Positions 24,111 through 35,619 of a stretch of 64,000 bases of DNA are shown in pieces (the first letter of the stretch is position 1; the number at the start of each line of letters is the position of its first letter). This DNA comes from Cetorhinus maximus. Lineage: Eukaryota. The translations under genes were made by a program, and so were the position numbers. Location of the stretch: assembly GCF_964194155.1 (NCBI RefSeq), contig NC_135899.1, positions 52,390,001-52,454,000 of the forward strand, given 5' to 3'. Below the pieces are notes generated by a model. The model was not told the DNA's origin. It searched no databases and was given only the letters and a program-made list of their open reading frames with translations.

Positions 24111-26064
24111 ACTGTTTCTTAAATTCTGGCTAGGTGAAACATTTCACCCCACCTTTGAATTCAGGCTACTCTAGTTTATTTAAAATGCAAATATTCCCTT
24201 TACACCTATGTTTACCTACTAACATTTCAAACCTAGCTTACTTCTGTTACATCAAAGCCTTCAGACCAACTGCCTTTAATTCAATTAAATAGACACAGAC
24301 ATAGACCCATAGACACAGACCCCACTATTACTCTACAATAAATTCCAATATCCAGGCTTGGGCTGACAAGTGGCAAGTAACATTCGTGCCACACAAGTGT
24401 CAGGCAATGACCATCTCCAACAAGAGAGAATCTAACCACCGCCCCTTGACATTCAATGGCATTGCAATCATTAAACCCCCACTATCAACATCCTGGTGGT
24501 TACCATTGACCAGAAACTGAAATGTACTAGCTATATGAATACTGTGGCTACAAGAGCAGGTCAGAGGCCAGGAATCCTCCGACAAGTAACTCGCCTCCTG
24601 ACTCTCTAAGCCTGTCCATTATCTACAAGGTACAAGTCAGGAGCGTGGTGGAATACTCCCCACTTGCCTGGATGAGTGCAGCTCCCACAACACTCAGGAA
24701 GCTGACACCATCCCGGACACAGCAGCCCACTTGATTGGCGCCACATGCACAAACATTCACTCCCTCCACCACCAACTCACAGTAGCAGCATGTGTACCAT
24801 CTACAAGATGCACTGCAGGAATTCACTAAGGCTCCTTAGCCAGCACCTTTCAAACTCATGATCGCTACCATCTAGAAGGACAAGGGCAGCAGATAGATGG
24901 GAACACCAACACCTGGAAGTTCCCCTCCAAGTCACTCACCATCCTGACTTGGAAATATATCGCTGTTCCTTCACTATCGCTGGGTCAAAATCCTGGAACT
25001 CCCTTCCTAACAGCACTGTGGGAATACCTACACCACATGGACTGCAGCGGTTCAAGAAGGCAGCTCGCCATCACCTTCTCAAGGGCAATTAGGGATGGGC
25101 AATAAATGCTAGCTCAGCCAGTGAAGCTCACATCCTGTGAATGAATAAAAAAGAATAACATGAAAATTATTATATCTTCCTGACACCTATCTTTGTGTCG
25201 TCAGCAAATTTAGCAAGTGTACCTTCGGTCCCTGCATCCAAGTTATTTATATGAATTGTAAAAAGTTGAGGCCCCAATACTGATTCCTGTGGCACACCAC
25301 CCGTTACATCTTGCCAACTAGAAAAAGATCCATTTATGCCTACTCTGTTTCCCGTTAGCTAGCCAATCTCCTATCCATGCCAATATGTTACCCCCTATAC
25401 AATGAGCTTTTATTTTCCGCAATAACCTTTGATGTGGCACCTTATCAAATGCCTCTGGAAATCTAAGTACCATACATCAATTCCACTTCTTCCACAGCAC
25501 TCCAAAGAACTCCAATAAATTGGTTAAACTTGATTTCCCTTTCACAAAACCATGTTACACATCTAAACGTTGGGATGGAAGTGTGAACACTCCAGGACGA
25601 CAACTGGAGTCCTATGTTTGTCAGAGGATTCCCAATTAGTAGTTTAAAAGGGCTCACATCAGAATCAGGGCCCTCTGGCCTTGCAGCAGTAGGGCTGAGT
25701 GAACGTGCTGCAGCCACAGTGACTATGGTAACAGGGCTCTGGATTACTGCCCCTCCGCCCACATTTTCAAGGCACTGCCCTGTTTTTGCCAGGAGGGAGG
25801 CCTGAAAATGAACCCCTCTTTTCTGAAATTCCTTCCCTTGCCATGTCTCTCCCCACCTCCAATCACCTTATTGCCGCGCTTTCAGCCGTCTCCCTTGATT
25901 TTCCATAATATCCATACCGGACCTCCAATTGTTGGTATGTGTTAATAGAGTAAAGATGCTATATAATTGTAAGTTCTTGATTGTAGAAGATTAAGTGAAA
26001 GATCCATCTGACCCTTGAACTGCTTGTCACTCTATCACTGTGCTTTGATTAACAACCATGCAAG

Positions 26065-26183
26065 ATATCTATCGAGGAAACTCTTACTTCAGAGTATCAA
26101 CCCTGATAATCTGCCAAATCTTCGAGCTCTCCCCCAATCCTGGAGCAGTGTGTTGGAACAGATGGATCAGGACTTGGTTCGAG
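26065..26183 (+). CDS. AIRIM: AIRIM coding exon 3
   Basis: caag|A TAT CTA..., reading YLSRKLLLQSINPDNLPNLRALPQSWSSVLEQMDQDLVR, donor G|gtaatt. Not called by the ORF track. Confidence 0.9.
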
Positions 26184-26429
26184 GTAATTTGTAGTCACTT
26201 TTTCATTCTCCTGTTCACACCTTGCCTGGACCATTTCCTCCAGCAGATTAAAACAATAGCAATTTGGGCGGGTTACTGCTTCTGGAAGCTGTGGAACTAT
26301 AAGCCAGTTAGCACCTTTTGAGAGGCAAAGGAAGACAAGAAGCAGAGTTGGAAGAAGAGACAGGAGGGGAAACAAAAGTATAAATCTGAAACCTTGAGTC
26401 TGTACCACAGAGTAATGCTTTTACTTCAG

Positions 26430-27665
26430 CCATTTGAAGAAGGATGTCATTGAAAAAAAATCTGGAAATCAAATAACTGCAGGCCGGTCAGTGATGGGTA
26501 AGGTTTTAGAATTAGTAAACAGGGACAAAAAAAAATCAATAGACACTTGGAGAAGTTTGAATTAATTAAGCAGAGCCAGCACAGACTTTTAAAAGGCAAT
26601 TATGCTGGATTAATCTAATTGTATTTTTTGATGAGGTAACAGAGAAGATCGATGAAGGGAATGGAATGGATGTTATCTGTGTGGATTTTGAAAAATGTTT
26701 GATAAAGTACCACTTAAAAAGCTCGTTAACAAAATTGAGGTTCATGGAAAAGGACGGTTATTGTCAGCTTGGATAAAAAAATGGCAGAAGGACACATAAC
26801 AGTGAATCATGGTAAATGGTTGTCTTTTGACTGGAGGGTGGTAGACAGTGGTGTTCCCCAAGGGTGAATGTTAGGACCACTACTTTTGTTGATATATCTA
26901 AATGGCTTGGATATTAGAATATAGGGTAAAATTTAAAGCTTCTGAAGATACCAAACTTAAAGGTGTGGAATACAGTGGCGATGATATCAATCATCTACAA
27001 AAGGACATAGGCTAGCAGAATGGGTAGACAAGTGGCAGATGGAATTTAATGCAGAGGAATGTGAGGTGATGCATTTTGGCAGATGGAATAAGGAGAGGCA
27101 ATATAGACTTAATGGCATAATTCTAAAGAGTGTGCAGGGTCAGAAGGAACTGGGGTTCATGTGCATAGATCTTTTATGTGAGAACATATTGAGAGGTTGT
27201 TAGCAAAGCATATGGGACCTTGGGCTTCATAAATAGAGATATTGGAAATAAAAAGTTAAAAATGGAAGTTATGTTGGACCTGCATAAAGCTCTAGTTAAG
27301 ACACAACTAGAGTATTGCATCCAGTTCTGGTCACCACACTTAAGGAAGGATGTGAGGATCCTTGAGAGGGTGCAGAGCAGATTAACCAGAATGGAAGACC
27401 AAGAAAAGCTGTTCCCAAAAGCTGATGATAGAAGGACTAGGGGACTCAGATTTAAGGGCAAGAGATGCAAGGGGAATGTGAGGAAGAGCTTTTTTACACT
27501 GCAAGTGTAAACTTGCTGCCTCTGATGGTGATGAAAATGGAAATAATCAATGATTTCAAAAGGAAATTGGATAGGTAGTTGAAGGAAATAAATTGGCAGG
27601 GCTACAGGGACCAGCATGGGCCTAATGACCTCCTCCTGTGCCATAATGACTCTCTGACTCTATCC
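26430..27665 (+). mobile_element. Degenerate CR1 LINE
   Basis: LHKALVKTQLEYCIQFWSPHLRKDVRILERVQ plus upstream RT remnants. Confidence 0.85.
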
Positions 27666-28061
27666 AAAGCTGGTATCAGTAAAATAGACCATGAAGTTGT
27701 TAGATTATTGTAAAAAAAAAACAATCCGACTAATATGCTTTAGGAAGGAAGCATGTCATCCTTATCCAGGATTGGCCCATATGTGACTCCAATTCCACAA
27801 CAATATGATTAATGATTAACTCTTAACTGTCCTCTGAAGTGGTCCAGCAAGCCACTCAGTTAGAACAGTAGGGATTGGCAATAAATGACACCCTTGCCAA
27901 TGATGCCCACACCCTGAAAATGAAAACAAAATCAGTAGCACAAACCATATTATTAAATTTGAATTGCTAGAACTTGCTTTTATACTTGTAAGCATGAAAG
28001 TTTTGCTTGTCTGTGGTACTCAAAGGATCACTGATGTTGCATCTTTGTTTTAATGGTGCAG

Positions 28062-28111
28062 ATACTCTACTAAAATTGACATACTTCGTGGAAACTCACC
28101 AAGGCTCCTAG
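28062..28111 (+). CDS. AIRIM: AIRIM last coding exon
   Basis: gcag|AT ACT..., reading DTLLKLTYFVETHQGS*. Exon lengths 272+180+119+50 = 621 nt = 206 aa plus stop, in frame. Confidence 0.88.
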
Positions 28112-28493
28112 CATGGCCGCACACTTTGCTGGAACTGCCAGGATTTCGATTTCTACTTGAAGCCATATGTTCTGAAAAGGGACAATTCACCAACATCCCA
28201 ATGTGGAAGGTAGTTCAGGGGTGATTTCCCCTACCCTGTGCATACTGTGAATGTGGCCGAAACTAATCCTCAAGAACGGGCTTAGTTTGTATTTTTACCT
28301 CATTTTCAGCCTCTGGAAAGGAAAGCCTCATTCCTTTGCTGATAACACCAGGCTTTGATAAGGTTTTAGGATATAGGGGGATGTAAGCTTGCCCATTCAA
28401 CCTTGAAGGCGGCAAGTCAATGTGGCTCTGAGATATGGAGATATGTACAAAAGGGGCCACTTCTGCAGTTGTTCTGTAAGTAACTCACTAGTA

Positions 28494-29900
28494 TGTTACC
28501 TCATTGTGTCTAAAATCCCGTGGTGCCTTTGTCTGTCAAATGAGGCTAAGCAGAGTCACATGATGTTAGATGCTGAAGTCCTTTATTGGTTACAGTTTAA
28601 AAGGATAACATACTATTAGGTTAATCGATTATTATAGTTTGATTGTGTGTAAACTAAGCTAAAACTAATCATTAAACATAAATTTCCATACACATTCCCC
28701 ACCTTGAGGCTAAAATGCTTAGGCATTTGATGCCTCACATAACAATTCTATCATTGTTTTTCAGAGCAGCCCAGCTCAAATCAATGGTGTGCCTCCGAAG
28801 CCTCTGGGTGAGGTGTCTCAGGTAGCAGAGAATCCGTATTATCCTGGTAATTGTCACTATTTGTACTAGGACAAATATTGTGGACAGCGTTCTTAACCAT
28901 GGATGTTGGCCTACATTTAAAATAATTTCCCACCAGTGTCAGGCTCCTAATTCTCTTAATTCCTCATTCTTTTTCCTCATTGTTTTGTTGCATCTTTATC
29001 AAGTGATTCTGAGATGTAGTAGTTCTTTCTACTATGGACCTCAAATTTAAGGATAGAGGGCGTATAGGGTGTCCTAACTGAACTATCGCTTTTAGTGCTT
29101 CCTCTTGCGTCCCAAAATTAACTCGGAGTTTGGTGATGTTATGTACAGGTACTGGAAACAGAATACTATCCCCAATACATCTGATCTGTATAGGTTTAAA
29201 ACAGAATGTGGGTTTCAAAATAGGACACCATTTTGCTCCATGCTTCATTCGCAGGGTGTTAGTTGTGACACAGTAAATTCACATTTGTAAATATAAATAC
29301 TTAGCATGTTCCTCTTCCCACTGTTGAATGTTCATCTCACAATTTGGTGAATCTTGACCTAAGGTAAACCCACAAACTGGTTTCCCAGAGTCCCTAACAT
29401 CACAACGGCAGATGTAAATGTCTTGTCTTCTGAGCAACACTCAAGATTGGACTATCTCAAGTGTCGTTGCATTGTATTAATATAGCTGGGTGGGATGCAT
29501 AAGAGACATAAATGTGTTGCTTCAGAATTCCTATAGATTCTACTCTGAATATCTCCCATCAGGTTTCCTCCTGTGGGTGTGGTAACCAAAGGGCCACAGG
29601 TACCAAGCCCCAGTGTGCCTGACTTCCCTTTACTAAATACAAAAGCCTATTTGTCAAGCTCTCTTAATGTCACTGTAACCCGTGAACCATTTACTAATCC
29701 TGCTACCATTTATAAAAGATTGTATTAGACCATTTTCTACGATATTAAGTTCATTCATTAATTCTTATGAGGATCAAATGTCATTTCAAACTTGAGTGAG
29801 TCATTGAAAGAAAGATCCCAATTTCCACAGGACAAGTCCTTACTCCTTCACCCCTTGTCCCATTATTGTTCTTGATCACTCTTGCTTTTCTCTAGCCCTT
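28494..29900 (-). mobile_element. Degraded retrovirus-like element: env remnant, PPT and 3' LTR
   Basis: LTR TG(28694)...CA(28494) with AATAAA, PPT AGGTGGGGAA at 28695-28704, and an upstream Cys-rich frame ending in WWEIILNVGQHPWLR plus a hydrophobic stretch. Confidence 0.6.
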
Positions 29901-30332
29901 GAGTGGGGTGATCTGCACAAAAAAAATCAAATTTTATTTTTGTAAGATTTCAGTTTCCTGTTCCCATAACTTGTGTTAAATTTCATTTTCCACTGTAACT
30001 TGAATGTGACCTCTAAATAATATCAGCTTAGATTTATGCTCCTTTCAGTCTGACACTCTAACCTTACTTGCGACTTGGTGGGACTTAGGGAAACAGATAG
30101 ATTTACTTTATGGTCAGACACACAAGCAGCTGGTGTGTCATCTCACTGATGCCTTCTCTCTTTTCAGCATGGACCAGTACCTGTTGCCTGTATGGTTAAA
30201 GTTGCAAATGAACAAAATTGGAATTTAAGTTCAAATGGCACCTAGAACTTACAATATCCCTTTTCAATTAAAGTATGGGTGACACCATGTTCTAACATAT
30301 TGGAGCTCCAGCCCGCTGCAGCAGTGGTCTGC

Positions 30333-31865
30333 CAGCCATTTACAGTAAATTGATTATTTTCAAAGCATAAATGCTAGCAGCCTCTTTTAAGTGGTTTCTA
30401 CTTGGTTTGCAATCAGAACAAATTCACTGAAGAATGGTTGCCTCCTTGACCTAATGTCCCTGCAATTTGCTAGTGATGATTGTGTATTCTAGCCAGATTA
30501 ATTGCTGCAATAAATAAAACAGTGATTACCATAATCCTATATATATGTAGTAAAAATCATACAGAATTATCATTTAAAATGTGATTTGAAATAGATTTAT
30601 TTATAAACCAGAATAAATATATTAAACTTGGTATCTCAACCGTATTGCTCTGGTAAGGCTGTGTCCAGCAGAATGTGAGGGAACAATGGAGTGGAAAGTT
30701 GCCTCACACTGTGCCCCTGAGAGATTAAAGTGGCATAGAAAGATGTGGAAGCAAAGGTCCTGAAAATACTGGCGGAGCCTGGCAGTGGGAGTGGGGGCTT
30801 GGGGGAGGGAGGGGGTCAGGAGTTACAAATCAAATTGGAGAGGAACTCACACCTGCCCCATTGCCTGTGACCCTAATCTATCCAAAACCATGTGATGGGT
30901 GTCGACACTGTTGATGCTGCAACTAGGGCACCCGTCTGAGTGGGGTAAGTGGATTCAATGTGGCATGTGGCCACAACATAAAAGGACCCTGGCAATCTTA
31001 AGTTCAGTTTCTTTATGCCACCAACTTTGGCAATACAACAGATTACTCTAGTTAAAAGCAGCATTTGAAATTTTAAATTCCTCAACCCCCTGCTCCCAAA
31101 GCTCGAGGAACACCCAACATCAAGGATGCACAAGCATCCCTGCGCCACAACATTGCTCAGGGCCTTAATGAGGAAAATGGTAAACTGCTCATTCACATTA
31201 CATTGTGATACACCTGTCCATTGTGGCTGGACACTTTATACACAGACCCATCAAAGTGGCAAGATTTCTTGGGCGGGGGGGAGGGGGTGGGTGAGGGATT
31301 AAGAGTGGGGTCATGTAAAGGGAGAGAATCCTTTTGTGGCTTCAGGCTCTGCCCCAAACACCCCCTTTCTCTGCCATTGCAATTTGGAAAACCAAACCTC
31401 TGACTTTAGGAATATTGGAGGCAATGTCCCTGGTGTAGTGGAGAAAACAGGAGATACAAGTGAATTGCACAAAATTGTTGCATGGTGCAGTGTATATACG
31501 TCACAAGGAAGAAGAGAAAAAAAGCAAGTTAGTCTGCAATAAAATTAAATTATGTATCATAAAAGGGTTTAATATATTTAGTGAAATAGATTTATAAATA
31601 AATCTATTTTAAATCACATTTTAAATGATAATTCTGTATGTTTTTTACTACATAGGTATAGGATTATGGTAATCACTGTTTTATTTATTGCAGTAATTAA
31701 TCTGGCTAGAATACACAATCATCACTAGCAAATTGTGGGGACATTAGGTCAAGGCAGCAACCATTCTTCAGTGAATTTGTTTTGATTGCAAACCAAGTAT
31801 AAACCACTTAAAAGAGGCTGCTAGCATTTATGTTTTTAAAATAATCAATTTACTGTAACTGGATG
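30333..31865. repeat. Inverted repeat pair 1 (arms 30333-30627 and 31567-31865)
   Basis: tacagtaaattgattatttt...attaaac is the reverse complement of gtttaat...aaaataatcaatttactgta, with scattered mismatches. Confidence 0.92.
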
Positions 31866-33157
31866 TGTGCCTAGGTGAGTCTTAGGAAGTCAGTTCTTTG
31901 ATTTGACAGCATTTTGAAGGATGCTTTGTTGACTGACGTAAATGTTGGACTGGAAAAAGACCAGCTGGCCATGAGACAGACGGTCCCTACCCCACCCGGA
32001 GCCAGGTAATCTCCTGGGAGAGGTGAAAAACCAGTTAAAAATCCAGGCCAATTAGAGTGGAGGGAGTTGGCGGGGAGGGGTGGGACAGGGGGTGGTTAGA
32101 GGTGGGTGGAGAATTTGTTAAGTTTCTCTCTGCCCCTTTTAGGCGATTTAAAACCAGCCCAGGAGGATCACCTTGACCTTGATTTATATTGCAGGATACC
32201 TAGTTCTTGTACAATGTAATCTCGGTCCCAGCCAGAAATGGAGCCAGCTGTCTGCTGAAGCAAGGTGTATAATAAATCAGTATTCACTGCATCACAGGTT
32301 AAATGGAAAGGAGAGGGGATATATTTGTAATTTACCTGGTACACCTCTCTAGTTCTTCTGGGTCCATTGAGATAGAGATCAGCAATTGGAGACTCCCTGA
32401 CAATAAGCCAAAGCTTGTATGTGTGTGTTGTAGGTTTAGACCAGAGTTATTAGAAGTCTCATCCATTATTTTTAATCCAAGAAGGAAATTTAATTAAAAA
32501 ATGCTGTGTTCAGGTGAAATCTGTGACACTGATTTTCTACCAATTTAATTTTTGCCTTTTAATAAACCTGAATCTAGTTTACAGCCTGATTCACATTGCC
32601 TGGTATTTATTCCCCTGTTTCTTGAAGACTAGTAGAGGGCTCTGCCAATTGCAAGCTGTCAGAAATGATCCCTGGTACAAGGCACACCATCTGAAATCTA
32701 GTGACATTCTAGATATCACAATATTGGGATCATACCTGGCATGTGAGAATTTTGGGAAAATGTGACCTCAAGCTGCAAACCTTCCTTTTACAGAAATGCG
32801 TCAGAGTATCACATTCTATCCACTGGTTTGTGTTTTGTTGTGCTTTCTGAGGAACGCCAATAACATTGGACAAGACCAACTATCACTGTTGATTTGCTTT
32901 TCCAGCAGAAGTAATAGCTGCATCTGGGGGAACCGTCAACCATGGGCAAAGGGTTACAAGTGTAGCTACCAAGATGAACCAATTGCCCCATAATAAAGAA
33001 AATGCACTGACCAGTTAACAAGTGTACCTGTCATCCAAGAGATTCATTTGGATTGTGTGAAGGAATATCATTCCACAATCTCCTTCCCAATCTGTTAGAT
33101 TGAATGTTTTTCCCCACCTCTCCCTGCACACTGTCTCTCCAACTCTGATGACTCATG

Positions 33158-34374
33158 GGGCTGGATTTCATGGGGCCCTGTTTCCCACCCACTATCCTGA
33201 CTAAAAAGCTGGTCGGGAGCTTGCCCACAAAAAGCCAGCTGCCCTGCAGCCATTTTATGCTTGGTGGGGCGCTAGTTCGCTCAGGGTGAGATTTCTTTCC
33301 CCCATTTAGGAAGGAAGTCCTGCCGTAGCTGTTGGCCAATCGGATTGGCCAGTAGCTCTGTAGTCCCAACATCACCAGGTATTTTTAATTCTTTCACAGG
33401 GTGTGGGCGTTATTGGTTAGGCGGCCATTTATTGCCCTTGAAAAGGTGGAGTGAGCTGCCTTCTTGAACCGCGGCAGTCCATCTGTGTAGGTGCACACAC
33501 AGTGCTGCTAGGGAGGGAGTTCCAGGATTTTTACCCAGTGACAGTGAAGGAATGACGGTGATATATTTCCAAGTCAGGATGGCGTGTGGCTTGGAGGGGA
33601 ACTTGCAGTTCATGGTGTCCCCATGCATCTGCTGCACTGGCCCTAGATGGTAGAGGTCACGGGTTTGGAAGGTGCTGTCGAAGGAGCCTTGGTGAGCTGC
33701 TGCAGTGCGTCTTGTAGATTGTACACACTTTTGCCACTGTGCATTGGTGGGGGAGGGAGTGAATGTTTAAGGTGGTAGATGGAGTGCCACTTATCAGCCC
33801 AAGCCTAAAAGTTGTCCAGGTCTTGCTGCATGTGGACAGTGCTTCAGCATCTGAGGAGTCATGAATGGTGCTGAACATTGTGCAGTTCGAGCGGCCACTG
33901 CTGGGATTACAGCCAGTTTCTGAAGAAGGAGAGGCTATGGAGGCTGGACTGAAGATAAATTTGAGGTATCAGCAGGGCCTATCTGGCACACTGCAGTGAA
34001 GGGAGTAAAGGGTGTGGAGGCTTGGTTTGAGTGGCCAGGGAGGAAGGTAAAAGGGGAAGCGTGATCTTGGGGGGCAGGGGGTGAGGTGCCTCAGATGGTT
34101 ACATCCAACCCCTAAAGGAGGTCCCGCACCTCTTGCCCGACACCAGCCTTCACAGTAAAGGCAGCCAGACTGCCTGCTTGGCGTGAGCTTCCCCATGATG
34201 TGGGCAAAATAGCGGCAGAAGCAGGATGAGGCCCTTAAGTGGCCATTAATGGAAAGGAAATAAAATGGGAGACAGTTGAGGGATGAGTAAGAAAGAGGCG
34301 GTAAGGCCATGCGCTGAATTTTATGAGCTCACTCACCTTCAAACTCGCCAGCAGGGGAGTGTAAAATGCAGCCC
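33158..34374. mobile_element. Harbinger-type MITE with nested CR1 fragment
   Basis: GGGCTGGATTT and AAAATGCAGCCC termini, ATG TSD, CR1 at 33380-33890. Confidence 0.7.
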
Positions 34375-35619
34375 ATGGTTGTCCCTAGATGTTAGCATGC
34401 CAGATTAAGAACAAGAGGAGGCTATTCAGGCCCACTCCACCCTTCAATTAAATCAGAGTTGTTCTCTACCTCAGCTCCCTTTATTCACCTTTGTCCCGTA
34501 TCCCTCAACACTTTTACCTGACAAAAACGTATCTATCTCAATCTTGAAAGCTTTTTAATTGCTCCCCACCTGCCCTTCTAAACAAGAGGGCAGCCAGGTA
34601 ATGCTTCTAATAGATGGCCAGTCAATTAACAAGCTGCTGGCTGGGCCCCATCCTATTTCTGTAATCTGCTCCAGCTCTACAACCCTCTGAGAACTCTGCA
34701 CTCCTTCAACTCTGACCTCTCCTCCAATCTCCCTCCTACCGCTGCTCCTTCTTCTCACAACTGGCATCTGTGCCTGCAACCATCTAGGCACGAGGCCTCT
34801 GGAAGCCCTTTTCTAAACTCCTCCACCTCACCTCCCTTGAGGAGTTCTTTGACCACCTGACCTGATATCTCCTTTAGATCGATATCAATTTTTGTCTAGT
34901 CATGCTCCTGTGAAGTGCCATGGGAACTTTTATGACATTAAAGGCGCTATGAAATTGTAATTTGTTGTAGTTGGACAAACATAGGCTGAGTTTCTTCATT
35001 CTGTAAGTTTTTGTATGTCCCATGCCTATCCTCAGCAGCTTACTGCCTTCCCTATCCCACCTCCAAACATGTTGATTAAGTTCAGAAAATGACTGAAAAG
35101 TGAGCTATCACTGAACACATAACCAGTGAACACTTACACCAGGAAACAACAATAGCTTTAACAATGCGGAAGCCAAGAGATTCACTAAAGGCACAGAGAA
35201 TCCATTGTGTACAAGATTGATTTAGAACGTACAAGGCATTTGCTGAGAAAATTTTAAAACGTGGCATTTTGTGTTACACAATATGTGCAGGGTAGCAAAT
35301 ATCAGACTCGAAGAATTTGCTTAAGAAAAATGAGAAATAAAAAGATAGGCTGCAAATTCTGGTGAAGTGGCAATTGAGTTGGATTGCCACTCTGCTCGCA
35401 GTTACTAACCTGGAAGCCCAGACGCCCCTATCTCGCCCGACCTGCTGACTCTAATGGGGCGAGATCCATTCAGCACAGGGTGTTCTCACGGCCTTCTGTC
35501 CAGGGCTGCAGCGTCAGGGGGAAGGAGGACACGCCTCCTTTTAAAAGGCACTAGCTGCCATAACGCAGGTAAGTTTAAAGGTCTAGCCACTGAGCAGCCA
35601 GGGAGAAAGTAGGTTTATA

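Larger units (their letters stand above)
22170..25185 (-). mobile_element. Solo-LTR-like element (TG...CA) containing two MITEs and a CR1 3' end
   Basis: Termini tgttatgg and tcctgaca exactly interrupt the CR1. TSD is imperfect (cctac/cctat). Confidence 0.55.
18850..25555 (-). mobile_element. CR1 LINE split by the Tx1 copy and by an LTR-like insertion
   Basis: CR1 tail 18850-18968, body 21399-22169, resuming at 25186-25555 (cctatctttgtgtcgtcagcaaat). Confidence 0.8.

Noticed and set aside
26058-26321. 87-aa ORF from the track
   Set aside because: Wrong frame; the real AIRIM exon is 26065-26183 in another frame.
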